From Gemmatimonadota bacterium (GTDB taxonomy: Bacteria; Gemmatimonadota; Gemmatimonadetes; Gemmatimonadales; GWC2-71-9): DNA of 64,000 nucleotides. The translations under genes and the position numbers were made by a program. Location of the stretch: the NCBI GenBank assembly GCA_039586365.1, contig JBDHKN010000002.1, forward strand, positions 64,001-128,000, in the 5' to 3' direction. Shown one piece after another: positions 30,493-40,642 of this stretch; positions within the stretch are counted from its first letter, which is position 1; each line of letters starts with the position of its first letter. Below the pieces are notes generated by a model, which worked only from the letters and a program-made list of their open reading frames with translations, made no database searches and had not been told where the DNA came from.

Positions 30493-30995
30493 TCTCTGTC
30501 ACGACCACCGCTGGGAACAAACTGAACAGCTCCGTCTGATGTCACCTCACAGCGATAGATTCGGATAGCGACACTGCTCAAGAGCCGTTCCCGCAGAATC
30601 TCCATCGAGTCCTGTTCCTGCATGCGGCTGATCTCCTTGGCAGAAGAGGTCGGCAGTATGCGCCTATAGTCACCGCAGATTGCCTCGTCTGGTCCGTCGG
30701 TTGCAGGGCCGTGAAACAGCAGAATGATCTGCTCAATTCCATGAGCGGCGATTAGAAACTCGCACTCTTTTCTGACGGAATGAGCCCGGGTGAATTCGAT
30801 GCCACTTGACGCCAGGGCTCCGGCACCACCAGGGACATATAGCCGGTCGTATCGTGCGATCCCCAGATGATCGTTCAGGAAATCGTCGACTTCCTGCTGA
30901 AAGCGCCCGTCGGAACAGCAAACAACCAAGGTTCGGGGAAGCTCGCTGTCCCACGATCCTTCCCCACGGTAGACCTCAGAGATCATGGATGTCAC
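30489..30995 (-). CDS. Beta-carbonic-anhydrase-like protein
   Basis: CSDGR, VPGGAG, and H...CG separated by an insertion. Confidence 0.6.
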   Translation of the reverse strand: MTSMISEVYRGEGSWDSELPRTLVVCCSDGRFQQEVDDFLNDHLGIARYDRLYVPGGAGALASSGIEFTRAHSVRKECEFLIAAHGIEQIILLFHGPATDGPDEAICGDYRRILPTSSAKEISRMQEQDSMEILRERLLSSVAIRIYRCEVTSDGAVQFVPSGGRDRE

Positions 30996-31014
30996 CGATA
31001 ATTCGATAGTGCAC

Positions 31015-31455
31015 TCAACTCCACTTCTGAACTTCGATGATGTTCCCTTCAGGGTCTGTCAGGTATCGGATCTCAAGTCTCCCGATGTCTGCCACCTCAA
31101 CCACCTCCCTCTCACCCACCGGCCTTCCACCATTGGCAACTATCACTCGACACATCTCATCCACATCGTCCACCGAGAAGGCGATATGTGAAAAGCCAGG
31201 AGTGTTGGCGTTGATCTCCGGTCTGTCGGCTTGCTGGCTGTAACTGTACACCTCTAGCGTGGCACTCCCCCCAGGCAATCGCAGGTGAACACCCTGGATG
31301 TGAGATCCGGTTATTCCAGTGACTCGGTCCAACCATTGTCCTTGCTGATCCCGTTCCGGCAAGACTCGTTGACATCCAAATACAGTCTCATAGAAGGCGG
31401 CCAGCCGGCGCCAGTCCTTGGCAATTAGATTCACGTGGGCAAACCGAAGTGACAT
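31015..31455 (-). CDS. VOC/glyoxalase family protein
   Basis: HVNLIA..FYETVFG, GFSHIAFSVDDV, DPEGNIIE. Confidence 0.9.
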   Translation of the reverse strand: MSLRFAHVNLIAKDWRRLAAFYETVFGCQRVLPERDQQGQWLDRVTGITGSHIQGVHLRLPGGSATLEVYSYSQQADRPEINANTPGFSHIAFSVDDVDEMCRVIVANGGRPVGEREVVEVADIGRLEIRYLTDPEGNIIEVQKWS

Positions 31456-31553
31456 TATTCGTACTCCTCTTGGCGCAGATAGCTACGACCCGGCCACCTT
31501 CGCTGCGCTTCCCGACCACCCGAGCTGCAACCCAGCGACAATGACCACTGCCG

Positions 31554-31991
31554 TTAATGCTCCTCACCCTGTCGCTCAGGCTGTGTCCAATCTCTTATCA
31601 GGCGTTTTTGCTCGTCTGACAGCCGAGCGTTCCCATGCATTAGCGCGTACATCGCGGGCGGCATCCCCCCTCCCTCTACTTCATCCCAAATCTCCTCCAG
31701 CACGTGGGCCTCGTTCTCTACTGAACTCCAGTCAGAAAAGCTGAACTGTGCACGCGCCTCCTTCACATCGTGGGCGATGAGCCACGCCACGGGCGCAACA
31801 TATCCATACCAAGGCCAATGCGTCTCGCTGGAGTGGCAATCGTAGCAAGCGTTTCGCAAGACCTCCAAGACCATCGGAGGCGCATCCACTTCAAATCGCA
31901 CCGGTGGATTCTTACGCTCGACAGGGTAGAACTGAATGGCCACGAACGTGATCACAACTGCAAGCAGCACTTGAGACGACCGCTTCATCAA
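31554..31991 (-). CDS. Heme-binding domain (c-type) protein
   Basis: ACYDCHSSETHWPWY, MPP..Y..MH..ARLS. Confidence 0.88.
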   Translation of the reverse strand: MMKRSSQVLLAVVITFVAIQFYPVERKNPPVRFEVDAPPMVLEVLRNACYDCHSSETHWPWYGYVAPVAWLIAHDVKEARAQFSFSDWSSVENEAHVLEEIWDEVEGGGMPPAMYALMHGNARLSDEQKRLIRDWTQPERQGEEH

Positions 31992-32140
31992 TCACCTCGT
32001 TTGGTCAGAACATCAAAACGTAACTGGATCCCTGCTCCCTAACAAATGACCGCGCAACCACATCTGCGTGATCGATGCGTGCCCGTCATCAAGAGGTTCT
32101 GCCCTCGGCCTCGATCCCCTAGATTCTCTAGAACCAGGTC

Positions 32141-32779
32141 GTGAGAGATGTCCCAATGTTGTCGCCCAAACCCAATGTCCATGGCAGTCCTCCAGCCATC
32201 GCCCCCGAAGACGCTCGGACCTTGATAGAGGTTGCCAGAGCTTCGATCGGTCATGGGATTGCAACTGGTGAACCTCTGGAAGTCGAGCCGCACCAGTACT
32301 CCGATCGCCTAATGCAAGTGGGAGCCAGCTTCGTCACCCTCAACATCGCAGGACAGTTGCGGGGCTGTATCGGCAGCGTGGAAGCGCGACGGCCGCTAGC
32401 TCATGACGTAGCGCACAATGCCTTTGCCGCTGCCTTCAGAGACCCGCGATTCCCACCTCTAGCGGAACCGGAGCTCCACCGCATGGAGATCCAGGTAAGT
32501 GTCCTCGGCCCCCCGGTTCCGCTGTCTGTAGCGAGTGAGGAGGAGCTACTGACAACGTTGCGGCCCGGAGTTGATGGGCTGATCCTCGAGGAATCGACTT
32601 TCCGTTCCGTCTTCCTACCGCAGGTTTGGGACACTCTTCCTGAGCCCGCCGAGTTCCTGGAACACCTGAAACTGAAAGCGGGACTTCCTGCCGGCTACTG
32701 GTCACCCCAGCTGCGTTTTCAGCGCTTCATTGTGGAGGAAATAGGCGAAGACGCGGAGGACCGCGACCGGACGGATTGA
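32141..32779 (+). CDS. AMMECR1 domain protein (AmmeMemoRadiSam protein A-like); start may be 32156
   Basis: ASFVTL..GQLRGCIGS, AAFRDPRFPPL, FLPQVW, KAGL. Confidence 0.9.
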   Translation: MRDVPMLSPKPNVHGSPPAIAPEDARTLIEVARASIGHGIATGEPLEVEPHQYSDRLMQVGASFVTLNIAGQLRGCIGSVEARRPLAHDVAHNAFAAAFRDPRFPPLAEPELHRMEIQVSVLGPPVPLSVASEEELLTTLRPGVDGLILEESTFRSVFLPQVWDTLPEPAEFLEHLKLKAGLPAGYWSPQLRFQRFIVEEIGEDAEDRDRTD

Positions 32780-32789
32780 TACGCCGCCA

Positions 32790-33311
32790 CTACCTGCTCC
32801 ACGTCGAGCCGGCAACCTGTCGTTTCAGGTATCGCACGACGCCCAAGGCGAAGTTGAATCTCGGCACCTTCTTTTGATACGCCTCGTACTTGGCACCGAG
32901 CTGCTCCACGCAGAAGCGTTCTTCCCATACCGCCTGCAGGTAGAACAGCAATACCCCGATGACACCGAGCAATGTCGCCGAGATCCGCTGGCACCGTAAG
33001 GTGAATCCGAGAAGGAGGAGGATGTAACCCAGATACTGCGGATGCCTGACAATCCCGTACACACCGCGATCCACCACGGTGTTCGTTTCGAAGTAGCTCC
33101 TTCCCCGCTCTACTTCACCGTGCTTCTTCAGCAGATAGAAGGGCGGGACGAAGAAGGCGATCGAGCACAGCAGTGCCACGGTCCCAGCGACGTAGAGACC
33201 GGTGCTCGTACCTCGTTCGATGACGAGGTCCACGATGAGTAGCGCTACAACTGTGGCCGCAGCGAACCAGTCGAATATGGATCGCCTAGGTGAGTCCGTT
33301 CCAGCAGTCAA
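32790..33311 (-). CDS. ICMT/PEMT family membrane methyltransferase
   Basis: GVYGIVRHPQYLG, EERF..LGAKYEAYQKKVPRFN. Confidence 0.85.
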   Translation of the reverse strand: MTAGTDSPRRSIFDWFAAATVVALLIVDLVIERGTSTGLYVAGTVALLCSIAFFVPPFYLLKKHGEVERGRSYFETNTVVDRGVYGIVRHPQYLGYILLLLGFTLRCQRISATLLGVIGVLLFYLQAVWEERFCVEQLGAKYEAYQKKVPRFNFALGVVRYLKRQVAGSTWSR

Positions 33312-33352
33312 ACCGCATTACCTCCATGCGCTCGCAGTCCTGCGCCACAGCG

Positions 33353-33658
33353 CTAGGAGTAGTAGTCCACCTTACAGCCGCATCCGTCCCACATGCGCTC
33401 ATACTCCTCGAGCCGACGCTGTACGAAGCGGCTGGCCTCTGCGTCATCGGACAGCCGGCGAACCACACGCTGTTCGGGAGATGGCTGTTCCACCACAGCC
33501 AGGCCCGCCTCACTGCGGACGATCAGTAGATCGCCGGCAACAAACGTGTCTCGGCACTCAACCTGCTCGAAGCTTCCGGCGACCGCAGCCCATTCCGCTG
33601 CCGAGATGGTGACTATGTTCTCGGCTTTGAGACGCCTCTTCAGTTTCTCAGCCGTCAT
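33353..33658 (-). CDS. Hypothetical protein with C-terminal YERMWDGCGCKVDYY motif
   Basis: AAGGAG RBS before MTAEKL; 101 aa. Confidence 0.7.
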   Translation of the reverse strand: MTAEKLKRRLKAENIVTISAAEWAAVAGSFEQVECRDTFVAGDLLIVRSEAGLAVVEQPSPEQRVVRRLSDDAEASRFVQRRLEEYERMWDGCGCKVDYYS

Positions 33659-33753
33659 TCTCCTTGCCCCGATGTGCATGGTGCGGCGCTGCAATCTTCT
33701 TGGGACCTGCACTCCTTCCAGAATCTTAGCCGGGCTCCCCGTCCCTGTCCTCA

Positions 33754-33804
33754 TTGACAAAACGCAACACTACGGTCACAATTGACTGCAGTCATATTTG
33801 TGAC
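33754..33804 (+). promoter_or_regulatory. Sigma70 promoter and TetR operator of the efflux operon
   Basis: TTGACA (33754) -N17- CACAAT (33777); nested inverted repeat GTCACAA-t-TGACTGCAGTCA-tat-TTGTGAC at 33775-33804. Confidence 0.7.
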
Positions 33805-33838
33805 ACTGTTGTCGAGCTTGAGTGGAGACAGCGATCGT

Positions 33839-34537
33839 ATGGACTCGACGCCTGCATCCGATGTACAGCCGCTGAGCCGCCGGGAACGCAAGAAGCAAGA
33901 GATCCGTCGCAGGATCTTCCAGGCAGCGTTCGATCTCTTTCTGGAGCAAGGATTCGAGGAAACCACAATAGAGCAGATCGCAGAGCGAGCCGATGTGGGG
34001 AAAGGTACGGTCTTCAATTACTTCCCACGGAAGACATCGTTCCTCGCTGCCCTGGCTGATGATTGGATCTCTCGGCTGACAGAGGAGATGGGACCAGTCG
34101 AGACGTGGCAGGGAACGACGCGCGAGAAGCTCGAACGCGTGTTCCAGTTTCTTACCGACCTCAGCGTGCAAAATCCCGAGCTAGCCCGCCATGCTCTGTC
34201 TGAGAGCCTGCGTCACATGCAGACGCGGACATCCGTCGAAACCGAGCGAGGAGTTCGCGAATTCCTGGGCATCACCCGTAGCGTGCTGCGTCAGGGCCAG
34301 GCGTCAGGCGAAGTGCGTGAGGATCTGGAAACCGAATACGCCGCGAATCTCATCGAGTCAGCGTTCCACCGAACACTGGTGCTGTGGCTAAGAGATGGGG
34401 GTTCAGCGGAGTCCCTCCACAAGGAGATTACAGCTAAGCTCGACATCATCTTCAACGGGGTGGCGCCGCGAATCCTGGCCAATAGCAGCCGTGACAACCG
34501 CGCCCAGAAACAACGGGCGCGAGGGAAGAGACGATGA
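33839..34537 (+). CDS. TetR family regulator
   Basis: RRERKK..IFQAAFDLF.EQGFEETTIEQIA..DVGKGTVFNYFPRK. Confidence 0.92.
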   Translation: MDSTPASDVQPLSRRERKKQEIRRRIFQAAFDLFLEQGFEETTIEQIAERADVGKGTVFNYFPRKTSFLAALADDWISRLTEEMGPVETWQGTTREKLERVFQFLTDLSVQNPELARHALSESLRHMQTRTSVETERGVREFLGITRSVLRQGQASGEVREDLETEYAANLIESAFHRTLVLWLRDGGSAESLHKEITAKLDIIFNGVAPRILANSSRDNRAQKQRARGKRR

Positions 34538-35934
34538 AAGTACTTCACTCCTGTCGGAAGATCGGGTTCCCACTTTACGTCCTATGGTCAATGTGCGTTC
34601 CGGCACTGTTGGCGGCACAGCAGACTGGTCCGCCGACAGCACTACGGCTCGCGTTGTCGGACGCCGTTGCTCGAGCCTTGTCTGAGAGCGAGGAGATCGA
34701 GGCTGCGCGCTCCCAGGTTGACCAGGCCGGCGCTCAGATCACTCAGGCAACCGCCACAGCTCTTCCTCAATTATCGACTAACCTTACGTACAATCGGGCT
34801 ATCAAGACCATCTTTGACGACCTCGGCGGCACGTCCTCAGAAGCTGACACTTCCGAGTTTGCAGATCTTTTCAAAGACCTCCCATTTGGCCGTCCCAACA
34901 ACTACGTCGCGACGGTGCAGCTATCACAGCTGCTTTGGGCCGGCGGCAGTGTAGGCGCGGCACGCCGCGTGGCCACTCTGTTCCGCTCTGCGGCCCAAAA
35001 CCGCCTGGAAGAGGTCGCGGCCGACCTTACTCTCCAAGTCCGCACGGCCTACCTGAATGCAGTCATGGCCCAGCGGCTGCACGAAATCGCGTTGCAGAGT
35101 CGCAGCGTTGCGGAAGCTCACCTCGAGCAAGTCGAGTCGTTTTATCAGGCCGGAACGACCTCGGAGTTCGAGCTGCTCAGGGCTAGGGTGGATCTGGAGA
35201 ATCGGGATCCCGCGGTGGTTCAGTCCGAGAACACCGTCGAGTTGGCGCTGCTGGAGTTGAAGCGTCTGGTGAACCTGCCAGCCGATCAATCGGTGATCCT
35301 CACGACGGAGCTCGATCCCGAGATCGTGGAAGTCGACGAGGAGGAGCTGGTGCGGCTTGTTCTGGACCGTCCGATCTTGCATGCCGCTCAGGAGGTGGTT
35401 CAGATGCGCGAGGCTGCAATCCGCATCTACCGCGCCCAGCGGCTCCCTTCGCTGCGGTTCCTTGGCAACCTCGGGTTCCAGGCATTCCCCGGGAACATGG
35501 CACCGCCAGGCTTCGACCAATGGCGCAAGGACTGGAGCGTCTCACTCGCCGCCAGTTGGAATCCCTTCGACGGCTTTCGGACCCGCGGCCAAATCGGTGA
35601 AGCGCAGGCGCTATTGCGTCAAGCTCACGTAGAGGAAGACCAACTCAGAGAGGCCCTCGAACTCGAACTGGCCGCCGCGTTGGCCGAGTACGCCATGACT
35701 CGAGCCCAGATCGAAGCGCGGCGAGAGACCGTCACTCTGGCAGAACGGACCCAGGAGCTAGCGGAGGTCCGCTTCGCCAATGGCCTGTCAACCCAGCTGG
35801 AAGTCTCCGACGCAGCACTCCTGCTCGACCAGGCTCGCGTCAACGAAGTCCAGTCGCAGCACGACTACGTCAAGGCCCTAGCTCATCTGGAACGGTTGAG
35901 CGGGGGAACGCTACAGCTCTTGAGGTTTCCATGA
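34534..35934 (+). CDS. TolC family outer membrane efflux protein
   Basis: Signal peptide, LSDAVARAL, two OEP repeats; ATGA overlap with tetR. Confidence 0.9.
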   Translation: MKVLHSCRKIGFPLYVLWSMCVPALLAAQQTGPPTALRLALSDAVARALSESEEIEAARSQVDQAGAQITQATATALPQLSTNLTYNRAIKTIFDDLGGTSSEADTSEFADLFKDLPFGRPNNYVATVQLSQLLWAGGSVGAARRVATLFRSAAQNRLEEVAADLTLQVRTAYLNAVMAQRLHEIALQSRSVAEAHLEQVESFYQAGTTSEFELLRARVDLENRDPAVVQSENTVELALLELKRLVNLPADQSVILTTELDPEIVEVDEEELVRLVLDRPILHAAQEVVQMREAAIRIYRAQRLPSLRFLGNLGFQAFPGNMAPPGFDQWRKDWSVSLAASWNPFDGFRTRGQIGEAQALLRQAHVEEDQLREALELELAAALAEYAMTRAQIEARRETVTLAERTQELAEVRFANGLSTQLEVSDAALLLDQARVNEVQSQHDYVKALAHLERLSGGTLQLLRFP

Positions 35935-36995
35935 CCAAACGCATCGTGATCGGAGCAATCGGGCTGGCTCTGGTGATCCTTACAATCATCCGGGTTGTCC
36001 AGGCTTCTGCCAACGAAGAACCCGCACCGGACGTCGCAGAGATCCGGCGCCAGGCCGGAGTCCCGGTTGAAGTGGGCCGGGCCGTGGTTGGTTCCTTGGT
36101 AGTTTACCGCGAGTTCACCGGAACAATACGCGGTATCCGGAGCGCGACCATCAAGGCCAAGACCAGCGACGAAATTGTGGAGATACCGGTCCGGGTTGGG
36201 CAGCGGGTACAGGTAGGGGATGTGCTGATCCGTCAGTCCAGTGAGGGCTCGATGTCTTCCGTCCGTCAGGCTGAGGCGGCGTGGGAGCAGGCCCAGCGTT
36301 CAGTGGAGCGACTGAGACCTCTGAGGGATCGCGGAGCCATCAGCGAGCAGGATTGGGACAACGCCGTTACGGCTCTCGCCGTGGCCGAGGCAAACCTGGC
36401 AGCGGCCAGCCGAGCCATTGTACTCACGAGTCCCATTGACGGGATTGTCACCGACATTCTGGAGACCCGCGGGACCGTCCCATCAGCAGACGACCCTCTA
36501 GTGCGACTGAGCGACCTCTCCCAGCTGCAGGTCCTGCTCCATGTGAGCCCGGAGCAGGCACGGGAATTGGCCCTACGGCAGCAGGCTTCGTTGCCGGACT
36601 ACTCCATGCAAGGTGTGGTGTCCAGGATTGCCCTTCAGGCGGACCCTGAGTCTCGCTTGCTGGAAGTCGAGTTGACATTCCCTGGTTCAGGTTCCAGAGC
36701 GGCACAGAACAATCGTGACCGAGCCGTCCCCGGAGCATTAGTCACCAGCTACGTAATAGTGGCTCGGCGGGATTCAGCCTTGCTCGTTCCCAGGAATGCG
36801 ACGCGTGATGGAACGGTTTGGGTGGTGGACGCCGATGGTGTGGCACACTTGAGGTCCGTCACTGTGGGCATAGTAGGAGACGACGATGTCGAGATCGTCG
36901 ACGGGGTCGTTGAGGGGGAGCAGGTCGTAGTTGCCGGGGCGTCGTTACTCTCAGACGGCGCGCAGACCCGGGTCGTGGGGGGAACGGGCTCGTGA
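35931..36995 (+). CDS. RND efflux periplasmic adaptor (MFP)
   Basis: V.VGQRVQVGDVL, GAISEQDWD, SPIDGIV, GEQVVVAG. Confidence 0.9.
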   Translation: MTKRIVIGAIGLALVILTIIRVVQASANEEPAPDVAEIRRQAGVPVEVGRAVVGSLVVYREFTGTIRGIRSATIKAKTSDEIVEIPVRVGQRVQVGDVLIRQSSEGSMSSVRQAEAAWEQAQRSVERLRPLRDRGAISEQDWDNAVTALAVAEANLAAASRAIVLTSPIDGIVTDILETRGTVPSADDPLVRLSDLSQLQVLLHVSPEQARELALRQQASLPDYSMQGVVSRIALQADPESRLLEVELTFPGSGSRAAQNNRDRAVPGALVTSYVIVARRDSALLVPRNATRDGTVWVVDADGVAHLRSVTVGIVGDDDVEIVDGVVEGEQVVVAGASLLSDGAQTRVVGGTGS

Positions 36996-37050
36996 GCTGG
37001 CCCGCACTGGTGGATGCCGAATCGCTAACCGTCTCAGCCGTGGACTAGCC

Positions 37051-40000
37051 ATGTTTCGTTTCTTCGCTCGCCTCGCCGTCACACGGCCCGTCCTGACCAG
37101 CATGCTGGTGGCCGTGTTCGTATTCCTGGGAGCATTCAGCTACCTCGCCATTGCGGTGGATCTGTTTCCGGGCATAGACATTCCGGTAGTCACTGTAACA
37201 ACCATCTATCCAGGAGCCGGCCCTGAGGAAGTGGAGACCGAGATCACCGAGCGCGTGGAGGATGCTGTCTCCACGATCGCGAACCTCGAATCCCTAATCT
37301 CGTTCTCGCAGGAGAACGTCTCCACCGTCATCATAGAATTCGACTACAACGTGGACGCCGACCTAGCGGCCATCGAAGTGAAGGACAAGGTAGATGCGAT
37401 TCGGGCCCGTTTCCCATCCGACGCTGAGACACCCACTATCCTGAAGCTGGACATCAACGCGATGCCCATCATGGACGTTACGATCTCAGGGCCCCAGGCT
37501 CTGGAAGCACTCACGGATTTCGCCGACGATGTGGTACGTGAGCGGCTCGCGCGGGTGGAGGGTGTAGCATCGGTCACCCTGACTGGGGGCCGCGAGCGGG
37601 AGATCGAGATCCTCATACACCCCGATCGCTTGCGGGCCTACGGCCTTGCCATAACCGAAGTTGCGGCGGTTGTTGGTGGAGAGAACATCACCATTCCTGC
37701 GGGACGAGTGACCGAATCCGCTGCGGAGTTCTCGATTCGTGTGGTGGGCCAGTATAGCTCCCTTGCCGAGGTAGAGAATCTCCCATTGTTCTTGCGTGAA
37801 GGTGGCAGGATTCGCTTGGCCGACGTTGCCACCGTACAACAAGGTTTTGCCGACGTCCGCGAGATCGCGCGCTACAACGGCGAGCCGACACTGAGTCTGT
37901 CAATACAGAAGCGATCTGACGCCAACACAGTCGCGGCGGCCGCCGGCGTGTTCGAAGCAGTCGCTGGACTCCGGGAGCAGCTTCCTCCAGGCGTCACCAT
38001 GGAGATAGCCCGCGATGCCAGCGAGTTCATCCGGGACGCGGTCCGAGACATCTTCAAGAACATTCTCATCGGTATCGCCCTGACCACACTAGTCCTGTTC
38101 CTGTTTCTCCACTCCTGGCGCGGCACCGTTGTGGCCGCCATAGCAATGCCGGCAACCATCGTGGCCACGTTTCTTGCCATCGACCAGGCCGGATTCACAA
38201 TCAACATCATGACTCTGATGGCGCTGGGTATAACCGTCGGCATCCTGGTTACCAACACGATCGTGGTTCTGGAGAGTGTCTATCGACATCTCGATGAGGG
38301 TAAGTCACCCAAGGATGCAGCGGAAATCGGGACAACGGAGGTGGCCATCGCTGTTGCGGCGTCCGCCCTCACCAACGTCGTGGTATTCACACCCATCGCT
38401 TTCATGCAAGGCATCATCGGCCAGTTCTTCATCCAGTTCGGTCTCACAGTCGTCTTCGCCACCCTGTTCTCGGTATTGATTTCGTTCACACTCACACCGA
38501 TGCTGGCAGCAAAGCTACTCCGAACCCACGAGACGCAACTCGAGGAGAGTGAAGGGAGACTGGCCGGCTTTTGGCGCGCATTCGATCGGGCATATTCTGG
38601 TCTGGAGCAGGACTACCGACGCGCATTGAAGTGGGTCCTGGCATCCCCGCGGCATGGATGGGGCGTCATCGCAGCGACGGGGCTTGCAGTGATCCTCGCA
38701 ATGGTAGTTCAAGCGGTCTTTGTTGGTGGAGAGTTCATGCCGGCGCAGGACGAGGGTCTGGCGCTGGTGACCCTGGAGCTACCGCCCGGCACCCCAGTCG
38801 AGCGTACATCTCAGGCGGCAGCGATGGCCGAGGCGGCGATCGGTGAGGTACCCGAGGTGGCATCGGTACTCACGCAGATCGGAGGCCAAGGACGTGCCTT
38901 TCGGGGGGGGTCGGTGGGCGAAGTCAATGTGGCACAGATTCAGGTCACAGTCGAGTCGGAACTGCCGACCGAAGACATCATCCCCCGGATCAGGGAAAGG
39001 GCGGCGCTAGTTCCTGATGCTGACGTGACGGTGACCTTGACCGAATCGGTGGGGCCGGGAGGCGACGCGCCTCTCCAGATTCTAGTCAAGGGTCCAGAGC
39101 GGACCCGACTAGAGGCTCTCGGTCGCGAGGCCACTTCAGTTGTGGCTGGAATCCGGGGATTGGTCGACGTCCGCAACTCAATTTCAGATCCTCGGCCTGA
39201 GATCGTTTTCACACCCAACAGGGAAGTGCTCTCAGACAACGGCTTGACGGTTGGGGCCGTGGGTGGGACCCTGCGGGCCTCCATCGAGGGAGTTGTCCCC
39301 GGGGTTTATCGCGAAGCCGGCGACGAAAGAGACATCCGCGTTCGCCTAACCGAGAGTGCGCGTGACCGGGTCGGCGAGTTGGGTTCGCTCCAGATTCGCA
39401 CCCCCGATGGTATGGCACCGTTGAGCAGTCTCGGTGATATCGACGCGCGCGGGGGAGAAACCACGATCCAGCGGGACGAGAAGCAACGTACCGTTCAGAT
39501 CGACGCGTACATTGCCAGCGGGAGCCTTACAGAACTGGCCCGCCAGATTCAACTGGGTCTGGATGAGATGGGGTTCCCACCGGGTTACAGCTATGAGATA
39601 ACCGGCCAGTTTGAGATGTTCCAGGAGTCGCTCACGGAGATGCTGAAAGCACTGGTCATGGCCATCGTGCTCACCTACATAGTGTTAGCCATGATCCTGG
39701 AGTCGTACGTTCATCCGTTCACGATCATGCTCACGCTACCTCTGGGTTTCGTGGGGGCCGTGTTGAGCCTGTTCCTCGCTAACAGCTCCCTCAACATCTT
39801 CAGCATGATGGCCCTCATCATGTTGGTCGGCATCGTAGTGAACAACGCAATTCTCATTCTGGACTACACCCACCAGTTGCGTGAAGAGGGAATGACGGCG
39901 ACAGAGGCGCTGCTCGAGGCGGCCCCCATACGGTTGCGGCCAATCGTCATGACTAATGTGGCGATCGCAATCGCTCTGCTGCCGCAGGCCGTCGGCTCCG

Positions 40001-40203
40001 GTGCTGGATCGTTCTACCGCATTCCGATGGCGGTCGTGACGATTGGTGGAGTCCTGGTTGCGGCGCTGTTCACTCTGTTTCTGATTCCCGTCATCTACAT
40101 CAAGCTCGACCGCTACACTGCGGCTGCGTTGCGTCAGAAACACGCGGACAAGAAACGGCTCTCCATTGCCTCTGCTGGGGAAGCGAGGCCACAAGAAGGA
40201 TAA
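37051..40203 (+). CDS. RND efflux transporter permease (AcrB/MdtC-like)
   Basis: VTRPV, YPGAGPEEVE, GIVVNNAILILD, RLRPIVMT; about 1050 aa. Confidence 0.95.
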   Translation: MFRFFARLAVTRPVLTSMLVAVFVFLGAFSYLAIAVDLFPGIDIPVVTVTTIYPGAGPEEVETEITERVEDAVSTIANLESLISFSQENVSTVIIEFDYNVDADLAAIEVKDKVDAIRARFPSDAETPTILKLDINAMPIMDVTISGPQALEALTDFADDVVRERLARVEGVASVTLTGGREREIEILIHPDRLRAYGLAITEVAAVVGGENITIPAGRVTESAAEFSIRVVGQYSSLAEVENLPLFLREGGRIRLADVATVQQGFADVREIARYNGEPTLSLSIQKRSDANTVAAAAGVFEAVAGLREQLPPGVTMEIARDASEFIRDAVRDIFKNILIGIALTTLVLFLFLHSWRGTVVAAIAMPATIVATFLAIDQAGFTINIMTLMALGITVGILVTNTIVVLESVYRHLDEGKSPKDAAEIGTTEVAIAVAASALTNVVVFTPIAFMQGIIGQFFIQFGLTVVFATLFSVLISFTLTPMLAAKLLRTHETQLEESEGRLAGFWRAFDRAYSGLEQDYRRALKWVLASPRHGWGVIAATGLAVILAMVVQAVFVGGEFMPAQDEGLALVTLELPPGTPVERTSQAAAMAEAAIGEVPEVASVLTQIGGQGRAFRGGSVGEVNVAQIQVTVESELPTEDIIPRIRERAALVPDADVTVTLTESVGPGGDAPLQILVKGPERTRLEALGREATSVVAGIRGLVDVRNSISDPRPEIVFTPNREVLSDNGLTVGAVGGTLRASIEGVVPGVYREAGDERDIRVRLTESARDRVGELGSLQIRTPDGMAPLSSLGDIDARGGETTIQRDEKQRTVQIDAYIASGSLTELARQIQLGLDEMGFPPGYSYEITGQFEMFQESLTEMLKALVMAIVLTYIVLAMILESYVHPFTIMLTLPLGFVGAVLSLFLANSSLNIFSMMALIMLVGIVVNNAILILDYTHQLREEGMTATEALLEAAPIRLRPIVMTNVAIAIALLPQAVGSGAGSFYRIPMAVVTIGGVLVAALFTLFLIPVIYIKLDRYTAAALRQKHADKKRLSIASAGEARPQEG

Positions 40204-40230
40204 AGGCGCACCCGCGCAACTGTCATAGAT

Positions 40231-40602
40231 CTACTCGCCCGGCTGGTACAGCGAACATGTGGCTCCCGCCGGATCGCGAATCACGCAATACCGTGCCTTT
40301 CCCATCTGCCTCGGTTGCACTACTACTGCTCCGCCAAGCTTGCGACACCGCTCCATACTTTGCTCCAGATCATCGACAACAATGTAGATCATCCACGTGG
40401 CCGGAAGATCTGCGTTTCCTCCCAGTGTATGACAGACTCCAGCGATCGCCTCGCCATCATCCGGAGCGTTCATGGTGTAGTCTTCGTACTCTCCCATACT
40501 GACCGGACTCACCGTCCAACCCACTACGGCTTGGTAGAAATCGCGAACTTGTTCAGCGTCACTCACAGTCAAGTCTATCCAACCAATCGTTCCGCGTCTC
40601 AT
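40231..40602 (-). CDS. VOC family protein
   Basis: IGWIDLTVSDA..VRDFYQAVVGW, WMIYIVVDDL, IRDPAGA. Confidence 0.9.
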   Translation of the reverse strand: MRRGTIGWIDLTVSDAEQVRDFYQAVVGWTVSPVSMGEYEDYTMNAPDDGEAIAGVCHTLGGNADLPATWMIYIVVDDLEQSMERCRKLGGAVVVQPRQMGKARYCVIRDPAGATCSLYQPGE

Positions 40603-40642
40603 CTCAGTCTGCTCTCCCCCAACTTGGAGTCCGTCAGTACAC

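Noticed and set aside
32141..32779. Complete AmmeMemoRadiSam system
   Set aside because: Only the AMMECR1-like gene is present; no Memo or radical SAM gene in the window
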